A DNA stretch of 33,795 nucleotides from Peribolospora baueri (Eukaryota). A program made the translations under genes and the position numbers. The stretch lies in contig JAMDHS010000135.1 in assembly GCA_029717555.1 (NCBI GenBank), positions 1 to 33,795 on the forward strand, in the 5' to 3' direction. This document shows positions 24,429-33,795 of the stretch, piece by piece. Position 1 is the first letter of the stretch. Each line of letters opens with the position of its first letter. The notes under the pieces are model-generated. The model had not been told where the DNA came from. It was given only the letters and a program-made list of their open reading frames with translations, and ran no database searches.

Positions 24429-25430
24429 TCAGACTTCCCCATACTTCCTCAGACTTGAAGATGTGACCCTTCTGGATGTATAACAATAACCGAGGTGATG
24501 TGGTACTCGATACTGGAGACCGATAAACGTTGCTGTTATTTTGCCTGTTGGTGAGTTGACCCTCAGGACAGTGGTTTGCCCAATGACCAGTATTGCTGCA
24601 ACAGCAGCAGCTGCCAATCTAACAACGCTGACTTCTACTGCTGTTGCTATTTCCGCTGTGAAGGTTTCCAGAGCGCTGGATGTTGTCTTGGCGACGAGGG
24701 TTCCGATGATATCCTCAACCCTCGCCCTAATGTTAAGATCATATCCAAAACCCTTTTGCCGAAGCTGGGTCTTGTATTAAAAGTATGTCCCCGCACAGAA
24801 ACCAATAAGGGAATGGTGGCCTTGTACCCCGGGGTCATGCCGCCATCAGTACTGATCAGATCAACCCAGAACTCGCGGTCGTAAAAGCATTGTCGCGCAT
24901 TTCTACTGGCAAACGTGGTCCATTGATCATACTCTGCTGGTATGTCTTCCTACGAGCAGCAAAACAGACAGGTAGGCTTGCTAGTACGACGACGCACGTC
25001 CCTGGGAGTTGAAAGACTGGGGGACGCTCACTGTTTGTTGTCAGAACAACCGTGTCAACTGTCACCTGCCCGTCCATTTCTTCGTCAGTGAAGTCTCTGC
25101 CCCCGTCCGGCCATTGTAGCCAGAAGCTGCCGAACTCATCTACAGTACTACTTTACTTCAATCGTCATACTCGAGTCCATGAAAAGGGAATACCCAACCC
25201 ATCAAGAAAACCATAATTGTTGCGACGAGGTCGTTTGTTCACGTGGTAAATCCTCGACAAGTGCCGCAGCTTCTCTTTCCCCCACACTGCAAGCGCATCG
25301 TAGCAGCGGCTGGCTCCGGCACACTTGTCCCGCCGGGGCCAACAGCGACGATCTGTCCATCCATCGCTTTGATCTTCGTCTAGGCCTCTCCGCCGTCACC
25401 ACTTTTTAGTATCTCTCGGGCAAGCTACGA
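24429..25430. pseudogene. Degenerate coding-like remnant of unknown family
   Basis: Lower-GC, partly CpG-poor stretch with protein-like fragments in several frames interrupted by stops, and splice-site-like motifs on the minus strand. No intact gene model could be built. Confidence 0.3.
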
Positions 25431-26277
25431 CACGACTTCTTTTGGCGCTGTCTCTATCTTGACTGTCCAACCACTCTTCGTCGGAATTGGCGGGCAGCCA
25501 TGCTCACAGGCAACCACCGACCCGCAACCACTCGGGGCGCAGGCCAACCGTACGCCGTATCGCACCCATCAGCCCTGACTAACCAGCTGCAGCCCTCAGG
25601 GTCATGTCGAAGCCGTTCAGCGTCCCCACAGTTGCCACCATTTCGGGCCATGTACAATCCAGCCCTCCACCACCCAGCTTTTCCTGCGGCCTGGAGTTGG
25701 GGATGGGGTGCGGGCTACATGCAGCGGAGATGGGTCGGCGGACAGCCTGGAACGGGAACGGAACGAGGCACAGAGGAGGAAGGGCGGGGAGGTGGAAGGT
25801 TTGGAGAGCATACGCAAGGCGCAGCGAGAACTCAGGAGGATGTTAGCTCAGCGCACGTCCCTGAGATATCATGTTCGAATTGGGCCCCGCCACATCTACC
25901 AGCAACATCGCCACGGGCAGCGACAGCGGTCTCATCGCCGACAGCTCGCCCATACGATCCAACGTTATGCCACCCCGCTTGGGCACCATTCTGGACGTTC
26001 TCCTCTCATCCTTTACCTCCCCCGTCCGCCGACATACCTGTGGCGAAGGCGCGCTTATGATCTCCTTGCCGCCGATGGAACGCCTCAGCTCGGCAGGCCC
26101 GGTTGTACGCGCGAGATAGTTAGCACTATTGGTGCCGGCTTTGCGCTTCCATGTATGGGCTTTTATACCTGGATGCTTGCTTTTTTCATACCCATCGTGC
26201 TGGTGCATGGTGACATGTATACCGCGACTTCACACCTTGCTCAGCCACGCTTTGTCGTATAAGGGTCTGCCCAGATG

Positions 26278-26340
26278 GGTGGCACGTATCAGCTGGCACC
26301 GTAGTAGGAAGATGTCTCTCAGTTTTGCGGTCACTTGCGC
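26278..26340 (+). repeat. Dispersed direct repeat, copy 2
   Basis: 41-bp exact match to 19996-20036, then TC-AGTTTTGCGGTCACTTGCGC (2-nt insertion and 1 substitution versus copy 1). Confidence 0.95.
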
Positions 26341-27546
26341 GCCTCATTTCTTCTTTCCTCTCCCCCATCGGTCCCTCGGAGCATTTCGTCTCGCTCGTTG
26401 ACGTCCCTTTTGTATGGGTTGACCCGGCCCTTCGTCTGTATAGAAGCGCTCTTTACTGTACAGCGTCTACCGCTGGATTTCTGCACTCCGTCCTTGCTCC
26501 CTCGCTCCTTTCCTCCTCTGCTCGCTGCGATGTCGGACGGCTCGGGTGGTCGTTTTGCAGGTCCGGCGGTGCTACGGGAATAACGATCGCAGGAGAGGCG
26601 ACCGCCCACTCTGTCCAGATTCAATTGATCTATTGCAACATTATGCGCGGGACGTCCCCTCCACTAGAACCGTCTCGCGTTCGCAGGGACGACAGTGCGC
26701 TTGCCACTCCTTACGCCGATGAGGACCGAGTATGCTTGGTCCCATTCGGACAAAACGGGCCGGGCCTCTTAGTCAGGTTCAAAGCGTCGAGATCAAGCAA
26801 GAGACCGGCTTGTTGAGCCGTCCCGAATGCGAGGCGGACGAGCAGCGTACTTACTTGCTCGACTGACTCGGGAAATTTCTTTTCTTTCTCCTTTACACAA
26901 CAGCATTTCGAGCTCGACGCCGAGGCGGACTTGATCGCAATGAATCGACCGTCTTAGCGCGCCCTGATGTCGAGGTAAAAACTTGCTTGATCCTCTAGTG
27001 GACACTGAAGCGGCATAGAAAGATGTTGTCGACTGCTAAGCCTTGCCCCGGGTCCCGGGCTTGTGTGCCGTTCCCGGGGGGGACGCGCCTTTTCGCCAAG
27101 GCTCGCCCGCCTCGGCTACCACGTCGCTCGTTCGTTCAGTACCACTGCACAGTGTCGCTAAGGGGCAGGGCGGGCGGACAGCCATCGGCTGCGTGCAGGA
27201 ATGACCGAACGCACTCCGCACTCCTCGGCACCTTTCTTCCCTCCTTTTGTCACTATCAAACTTTCTCATTCCTTTGTCTTCTCCCCATTGTCCCATTCTG
27301 TCACTTGCAGCACAAACGTTGCAAATCTCGCTCGAGAAGGGGCGCTGCATCTTCCCGGACGAGGACACGCAGAAGGGATTTTCAAATACGAACACATAGC
27401 TCGATACAAGGAGTGGTGCAGGTGAGGGGGCGGGGCAATGAATACAGGAGGGAGTGCGGAGGTGGAAAGGTACGTTCGCTGGACATCTGGGTGGCCCTGG
27501 CCGAAGGGTTCGTGTTTTGACGCGGGACGGCAACAGCAGTGGCCCC

Positions 27547-28248
27547 TTAGAAGACCTCGAGAATGCGCTGCAAAGCGGCAGGCTGTACTGCTTGCCTGTC
27601 GCACTTGGTCCAGTAGACTTTGTGCTTTTTAGTCAATTCACTGTACAGGCAATGCCGGGCGTGCGTGGTAAGTCCTCCCCTGAAGACGCGGTTTGTTATC
27701 ACCGTTGGGGGCGCGTCGTCCTCAAAGAACCGCACAGGGAGAAGGCCGGTGGAGCGATGCTCGGGCAGCTCAAATTCCCTCACTAGTGTGCCGGTCCTGT
27801 CGTTGCTCAGCTCGAGGGAGAAGGCACGGCCGGCGGGAGAGGCTTGCATGAAGCCCACGAACTCATCGAGGAAGTCGTCGAACCCCTCGACGCCCTGACT
27901 GTCGTTCGTTGTGTATTCGTAGGCCTGCAGCCTTCCTTCCGGCGTGACGAGGTATAGGTGCCCTTGCAGCTCGCCGCCGGGCAAGGAGGGTCTAGGTCTG
28001 CAAACCTCCCCTACTTCGCCCTCTCCCACGTCCACCTGGTACGATATCATGATGTTGTCCTCCTCGATGTCGAAGTGTTTGTGTACAAGGTGAAGGGAGA
28101 AGTGCTCGGTGGCTGCATGGCGCCTGAAGATCTCCTCCAGCTTGGCGAGCTCCTCACTAAATTCTTCCCAAGCGCCTGCCGCATCGGTAATGTAGGGCAG
28201 GGTATTGTAGTCGGCAGCGGCGATAGGCTTGTTGAGAAGAAGGGTCAT
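27547..28248 (-). CDS. Intronless hypothetical protein (~233 aa), uncharacterised
   Basis: Open frame from ATG 28248 (MTLLLNKPIAAADYNTLPYI...IFRRHAATEHFSLHLVHKHFDIEEDNIMI...GRLQAYEY...FLDEFVGFM...) to TAA 27547-27549; globular composition. The frame stays open upstream to 28458 without an ATG. Confidence 0.7.
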   Translation of the reverse strand: MTLLLNKPIAAADYNTLPYITDAAGAWEEFSEELAKLEEIFRRHAATEHFSLHLVHKHFDIEEDNIMISYQVDVGEGEVGEVCRPRPSLPGGELQGHLYLVTPEGRLQAYEYTTNDSQGVEGFDDFLDEFVGFMQASPAGRAFSLELSNDRTGTLVREFELPEHRSTGLLPVRFFEDDAPPTVITNRVFRGGLTTHARHCLYSELTKKHKVYWTKCDRQAVQPAALQRILEVF

Positions 28249-28995
28249 CTTGTTTGCTTGTGGGGGCAGATACGAGACGACATCGGACAACCGAGCTGCT
28301 TTATACTCTCCTTGGGAGATCTCTCTTGGGGCTGATTCGGCTCGATCCCGGTGACAATGGCCGACTTCGGCCAGCTGATGTCGTAAGTGCTTATTGTCGC
28401 TCGATTGAGGACTTGGAGCTTGACGTTGAACTTGCGGTTGAGCTTGTGACAAGGCCACGTCGTCTGTGACGAGAAAGCCGAGCCTTTCCCTTAACGACGA
28501 TTGGACCGGTGAAATATCATGGAAAGTCTCAATGCTTTGATGTCTTCAGCGCCGACCGCCAACCAGATTTCCTTTTTGCCCTCGTCAATGTGCTCAGTGG
28601 GCCATGCACAGCATCACCGTTGCATATCCGTGACGCCAAAACTCGGTTGGGACAAACACCTGCTGAAATGGAGGGCGAGATAGGTGGCATGTTGCAGAAC
28701 GAGATCTGGGACGAGTGCAGAGAAGGCCCAGTCTCACTGAAACGCAGCAGGTGAGCACAAGGCGTCCCAAAAAGTCCAGGTTGGCTCGTTTGGAAGGAAG
28801 GTGCGGCTACGCTTCCCTGAAACGAGCCTCGCCATTGTTGGTCTCGGGTCCGAGATTGGGGGCCTGCCTGCTCTCGAGATCCCTTCCGACAACGAGAAGT
28901 TGTTCTCCGCCTTTTCCATAACTGGGCTGACAATAGAAGGCACAGGGACAAGCTCACTGGTTTGGTTTGGTTTTCAGGCCGACACTAGACAAGAG

Positions 28996-30681
28996 AGTTC
29001 CGTGTCGACACTAATAACCACCCGCCAAGGCCGGCAAAGACGCGACGCGACATCCTGCCTGCCCATCCTATCGTCCTCATCCACCGCGTAAATTAGCCAA
29101 CAATAAAGTTTGAATAGGCGTCGCCACCGCGCTATCACCCTCGCCCTCGCCCTGACCTGCCCTCAGTTTCGAGTTCATTTCCTTACCACCACCACGGATC
29201 GTTCTCCTCTTTGTCGGCTCTGCCACCACTTTTTTTCATCGCCGCGGCCTCCTGGTGTCCCTGTGAGCCTCTCCGACTGTCTTCGGCTACTTTTCCAAAG
29301 CAGGCTCACGCGGTTGGCACGTCGACCACAGCCGGCGGTTTTGCCTCCTGCTTACCCACTCGGCACCTCGAACTTCGCCCCTACACGCCAAGATGTCGGC
29401 CGTGCTCCTGAGGGCGGATAGAGAGTTCAGATATTTCAAGCACTCCTTGTGGAGCTACTCGGTGTGGGGAGCGGAGGTATGGTACGAGAACTGGTACGTG
29501 CGCATCGTCGACAAGCCGGACACCCTCGCCGCCAGAGTGCTACGCTTCGAGGAGGACTTGCCCGAATACGAGGTTAACTTGGTTCTGCACGGCGATGAGG
29601 TACGCCGAACGGAGTACAAGGCCGACGACGGTGGAAGGGAACGCTACAGCCCCGTCAGCAGCGACCTGATGAAACGGCTGCCCGTTGTGTCGCCGGTGGA
29701 GGGAATACATTTCGTCAAGCGCCCGAGGGGAGATCGGGAAGTCACAAACTTGCTGGCAATGTTGGGACGCCCTGGCGTCATTCAGGTGCTGGGAAGGACG
29801 GCCGACAATGACTTGGTGTTTCCTCTCTACCCGTCGAGCATGGAAGCGCTTATTTGCTTAAGCCCCGAGCGCCCAGTGACGCAGATAAAGACGTGGTGCC
29901 TTCAAGTGCTGGACAGCCTGGAACAGCTGCATGCGCAAGGCATATGTCACGGCGACGTGGGCCTCCGCAACCTCCTCGACGCGGAGCCCCTCGTACTCTG
30001 TGACCTTGAGGGACCCTTTGAGGAGCCAAGCCCTGCGATTCCGGAGGCTCGCAAAGGCTTTCCCTTGAACGAGGCATCGGACGTGTACCTCTTCTCGTTG
30101 TGCTTGTGGGAGATGGTGAATCGCAACGCTCCTCGGCCCTTCATCAAGCTCGATCTGCAGGGCCCCTTCGGAGACGTCTTCCGCGCGTGCTCTGCTGAGG
30201 ACCCAGCCCTCAGGCCGTCTCTAGGGGAGATCAGAGTGATGCTGGAGGCCGTGGATGCGCCATAGAGGAAGAGTATGCGTGCCCGGTGCGTTGCTCGCCG
30301 CCTTGAATCGCGAACAGGTGTCTAGCCCGCATGGCGCTTTCGTCCGCTGATCTTTCTTCTCTGCCCGCGGTGCTTTGCCCTACTGCTTTCTTTGGCCTCC
30401 GCAGCACCTTTCCCTTCCCTCTTCGGTTTTCAGCAATGTCACTTTGTTTCGCTTCTCACCTCGACGCCGCTCATGAACAGAACCGCACTCGTCCCTTCAG
30501 GTCCCTCCGGTTATCTTCTCGGATGGCCTTCTGATAACCAGGGCAGTGCAGCTGGAGGTTATGAATTGATACGAAAATGATGATGACGAGGACTCGGAGG
30601 GCTGCTCTTATACTAGATGACAGGAGAGAGACCACAAAGGAAAGGCAATAAAGCAAAGCGCCTGATGGGTGCCTTCAGACG
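28996..30681 (+). repeat. Tandem segmental duplication, unit 1 (period 1696 bp)
   Basis: Begins near GTTCCGTGTCGACACTAATAACCACC and ends at CCTGATGGGTGCCTTCAGACG; aligns nearly end to end with ~30692-32369. Boundaries approximate to a few nt. Confidence 0.95.
29393..30265 (+). CDS. Intronless atypical protein kinase-like protein, copy A (290 aa)
   Basis: HFVKR (beta3 Lys), REVTNL (alphaC Glu), CHGDVGLRNLL (catalytic loop), LCDLE (DFG equivalent), IPE (APE equivalent), SDVYLFSLCLWEM and C..EDPALRPS. No GxGxxG loop visible. Confidence 0.88.
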   Translation: MSAVLLRADREFRYFKHSLWSYSVWGAEVWYENWYVRIVDKPDTLAARVLRFEEDLPEYEVNLVLHGDEVRRTEYKADDGGRERYSPVSSDLMKRLPVVSPVEGIHFVKRPRGDREVTNLLAMLGRPGVIQVLGRTADNDLVFPLYPSSMEALICLSPERPVTQIKTWCLQVLDSLEQLHAQGICHGDVGLRNLLDAEPLVLCDLEGPFEEPSPAIPEARKGFPLNEASDVYLFSLCLWEMVNRNAPRPFIKLDLQGPFGDVFRACSAEDPALRPSLGEIRVMLEAVDAP

Positions 30682-30691
30682 ATGACTAGAG

Positions 30692-32369
30692 TGTTCCGTG
30701 TCGACACTAATAACCACCCGCCAAGGCCGGCAAAGACGCGACGCCACATCCTGCCTGCCCATCCTATCGTCCTCATCCACCGCGTAAATTAGCCAACAAT
30801 AAAGTTTGAATAGGCGTCGCCACTGCGCTATCACCCTCGCCCTCGCCCTGACCTGCCCTCAGTCTCGAGTTCATTTCCTTACCACCACCACGGATCGTTC
30901 TCCTCTTTGTCGGCTCTGCCACCACTTTTTTTCATCGCCGCGGCCTCCTGGTGTCCCTGTGAGCCTCTCCGACTGTCTTCGGCTACTTTTCCAAAGCAGG
31001 CTCACGCGGTTGACACGTCGACCACAGCCGGCGGTTTTGCCTCCTGCTTACCCACTCGGCACCTCGAACTTCGCCCCTACACGCCAAGATGTCGGCCGTG
31101 GTCCTCAGGGCGGGTAGAGAGTTCAGATATTTCAAGCACTCCTTGTGGATCTACTCGGTGTGGGGAGCGGAGGTATGGTACGAGAACTGGTACGTGCGCA
31201 TCGTCGACAAGCCGGACACCCTCGCCGCCAGAGTGCTACGCTTCGAGGAGGACCTGCCCGAATACGAGGTTAACTTGGTTCTGCACGGCGATGAGGTGCG
31301 CCGAACGGAGTACAAGGCCGAAGGAGCTAGAAGGGAACGCTACAGCTCCGTCAGCGGCGACGTGATGAACCGGCTGCCCGTTGTGTCGCCGGTGGAGGGA
31401 ATACATTTCGTCAAGCGCCCGAGGGGAGATCGGGAAGTCACAAACTTGCTGGCGATGTTGGGACGCCCTGGCGTCATTCAGGTGCTGGGAAGGACGGCCG
31501 ACAATGACTTGGTGTTTCCTCTCTACCCGACCGACATGGAAACGCTTATTTGCTTAAGCCCCGAGCGCCCCGTGACGCAGATAAAGACGTGGTGCCTTCA
31601 AGTGCTGGACAGCCTGGAACAGCTGCATGCGCAAGGCATATGTCACGGCGACGTGGGCCTCCACAACCTCCTCGACGCGGAGCCCCTCGTACTCTGTGAC
31701 CTTGAGGGACCCTGGGAGGAGCCAATCCCCCACATTCCGGAGGCTCGCAAAGGCTTTCCCTTAAACGAGGCATCGGACGTGTACCTCTTCTCGTTGTGCT
31801 TGTGGCAGATGGTGAACCGCTCCGCTCCTCGGCCCTTCATCAAGCTCGATCTGCAGGGCCCCTTCGGAGACGTCTTCCGCGCGTGCGCTGCTGAGGACCC
31901 AGCCCTCAGGCCGTCTCTAGGGGAGATCAGAGTGATGCTGGAGGCCGTGGATGCGCCATAGAGGAAGAGTATGCGTGCCCGGTGCGTTGCTCGCCGCCTT
32001 GAATCGCGAACAGGTGTCTAGCCCGCATGGCGCTTTCGTCCGCTGATCTTTCTTCTCTGCCCGCGGTGCTTTGCCCTACTGCTTTCTTTGGCCTCCGCAG
32101 CACCTTTCCCTTCCATCTTCGGTTTTCAGCAATGTCACTTTGTTTCGCTTCTCACCCCGACGCCGCTCATGAACAGAACCGCACTCGTCCCTTCTGGTCC
32201 CTCCGGTTATCTTCTCGGATGGCCTTCTGATACCCAAGGCAGTGTGCAATGAATTGATATGAAAATGATGATGACGAGGACTCGGAGGGCTGCTCTTATA
32301 CTAGGTGACAGGAGAGAGACCACAAAGGAAAGGGAAAAAAAGCGAAGAGCCTGATGGGTGCCTTCAGAC
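30692..32369 (+). repeat. Tandem segmental duplication, unit 2
   Basis: Near-identical copy of 28996-30681, with one small indel region in the 3' flank (~32240-32250). Confidence 0.95.
31089..31961 (+). CDS. Intronless atypical protein kinase-like protein, copy B (290 aa)
   Basis: Same motifs as copy A (CHGDVGLHNLL, LCDLE, IPE, SDVYLF); intact ORF with about 21 amino-acid differences from copy A by manual alignment. Confidence 0.88.
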   Translation: MSAVVLRAGREFRYFKHSLWIYSVWGAEVWYENWYVRIVDKPDTLAARVLRFEEDLPEYEVNLVLHGDEVRRTEYKAEGARRERYSSVSGDVMNRLPVVSPVEGIHFVKRPRGDREVTNLLAMLGRPGVIQVLGRTADNDLVFPLYPTDMETLICLSPERPVTQIKTWCLQVLDSLEQLHAQGICHGDVGLHNLLDAEPLVLCDLEGPWEEPIPHIPEARKGFPLNEASDVYLFSLCLWQMVNRSAPRPFIKLDLQGPFGDVFRACAAEDPALRPSLGEIRVMLEAVDAP

Positions 32370-32958
32370 GGAGAATAAAAGGTAATAGGACGGCCAGTGT
32401 GGCAGCCGCACTTCGGCACCAAGCCCTCAGGAAACTGCCACTTCCATTCATTTAATAAGATCCTCATTCAATCACCAGCATAGCGCTCTTCCTCCGCCCT
32501 CCCATTCTTGAGAATCGCCGCGCAGCTAGGCAAAATCTGGTCGACATCGACGCGTAGGGATTCTCCGAGTTGTTGAATGCATCCAGACCACTCGCATAGG
32601 CTACGAGAAATCCGTCTTGTGCTTTTCTCAAACCCCTCTCCACCTTTTTCTTGGTTATTTAGTCTGCAGTGCCAAGCTAGAAGCCAAATATCGAGACAGA
32701 GGTCGACAGCTTCAACGCGCTAAAGCTTGGGCCTAGATGGCCGTGCGGCAAGCGGAAGGAAGAAGGCCGCGCCTCTACAGACGAGAAAAGCGATGTTTAT
32801 GTCGCTCCTCTCGTCTTCAGTCTGGCCGTCCTCATGTCCTATTATTTTCTCATCCCAGAGATCGTCCTTCCCTTCCCCCTTTCTTTCTTCCATTCTCCCA
32901 CCTCGACCCCCAGGATCGGTTGGCTGGAGAACTAGGTAGCCGTACACTTCATGGATTA

Positions 32959-33795
32959 TTACAAGGTCGCCTGGTCGGAGGCTTGAGCCAGAGGAAGCAA
33001 AGAGTGGTGAAGCTCTGTGAGGAGAGGTACATGACGGTGTGTGCTTTCACGTGTGCAGCTATTGCAGTAGCCATTGCGAACCTGTTTGGAAATGCGAGGG
33101 AGGAGAAGGCACGGGAAAGAGATTAGCTTCATTGATTCTCCACTCGTCGTCGGCTGCGTCCTCACCGCAGGTATCACGGCTGGTTCCCCCGGGTATATGA
33201 GGCGAGAAGCCCAGAGAGAGCCCGCGTGGATTCTAACCCACGACATTCTGGCCGTCTCTCGAGAAACTTCACCAGCTGCCTTGCTGCCTCTTCCCACTCT
33301 TCCAAGCCCCGAGACTGCTTTGCCATGAATTCCCAGAATGCGTCCTTGCTGCAAAGAGACGAGATGACGTCCTGAAGTTCTGCGTCGCTCATCAAAGGTC
33401 CGAGCCGGTGCGCCATCCCGCGCCTCTCCTCCTCGGCGCTGTGCGGAACGATTGGAGTGACCAAGAAATCAATGGAGTCCAGACGTCGGGGGCTCATTCC
33501 ATGTCCGCTTACCTGTAGAGCTCGAGGTACATGTCACGGTCAGTTTCGTAGTCCTCCTCACCCCAGCCCTTGATGAGCGATGGATAACTTGCCGCCTCCA
33601 CCAGTGGAAGCGGCTCGCCACACTTAAAGCCGACCCAATCGATGATCCTAAGAATTAACGCGTCAACGCGCCGGAGATCAGCCTTGAGTACGAGCAACAG
33701 TCGCAAATCATCTCGAGGCGGTGGGGCTCACCCGACAATATTCAACTCGTTATCGACGAGTATATTGGAGCCGCTGAGATCGCCGTGAACCATAG
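32959..33795 (-). CDS. Partial multi-exon hypothetical protein (5' end outside window; 3' end uncertain)
   Basis: Helical-looking exons ...LLLVLKADLRRVDALILRIIDWVGF...DMYLELYR|GTAAG ... CAG|AEEERRGMAHRLGPLMSDAELQDVISSLCSKDAFWEFMAKQ...FLERRPEC|GTGGGT, followed by further GT-AG intron candidates. No family recognised. Confidence 0.5.

Noticed and set aside
25500..26262. Overlapping 184-186 aa ORFs
   Set aside because: No family motifs and several competing frames; cannot choose a coding frame.
1..33795. CRISPR arrays, rRNA, intact transposase or retrotransposon genes, prokaryotic operons
   Set aside because: None seen; the sequence is spliceosomal-intron-containing fungal DNA and no ORF shows DDE, RT, integrase or Rep/helicase motifs.

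Overview
Eukaryotic, intron-rich, GC-rich fungal genomic DNA; gene structures and protein sequences suggest a basidiomycete, but the taxon cannot be fixed from sequence alone. The first ~23.6 kb is a compact block of conserved genes: histidine phosphatase/PGM-like (+), SVF1 (-), OMA1-like M48 peptidase (+), MET6 (+), an intron-containing tRNA-Gln(UUG) (-), V-ATPase subunit C VMA5 (-), NUP84/NUP107 (+), PLP-binding protein YggS/PROSC (+) and TMA46/ZC3H15 (-). From ~24 kb on, the window looks accessory. It holds degenerate coding remnants, a second copy of a 41-bp element from the YggS promoter, an intronless hypothetical gene, a ~1.7-kb tandem duplication carrying two intronless atypical protein kinases, and a partial multi-exon hypothetical gene at the right edge. 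The strongest signal is the kinase pair: their coding sequences have diverged more than their non-coding flanks, with amino-acid changes clustered at the hinge, catalytic loop and activation segment. Exon boundaries and substitution counts were read by eye.
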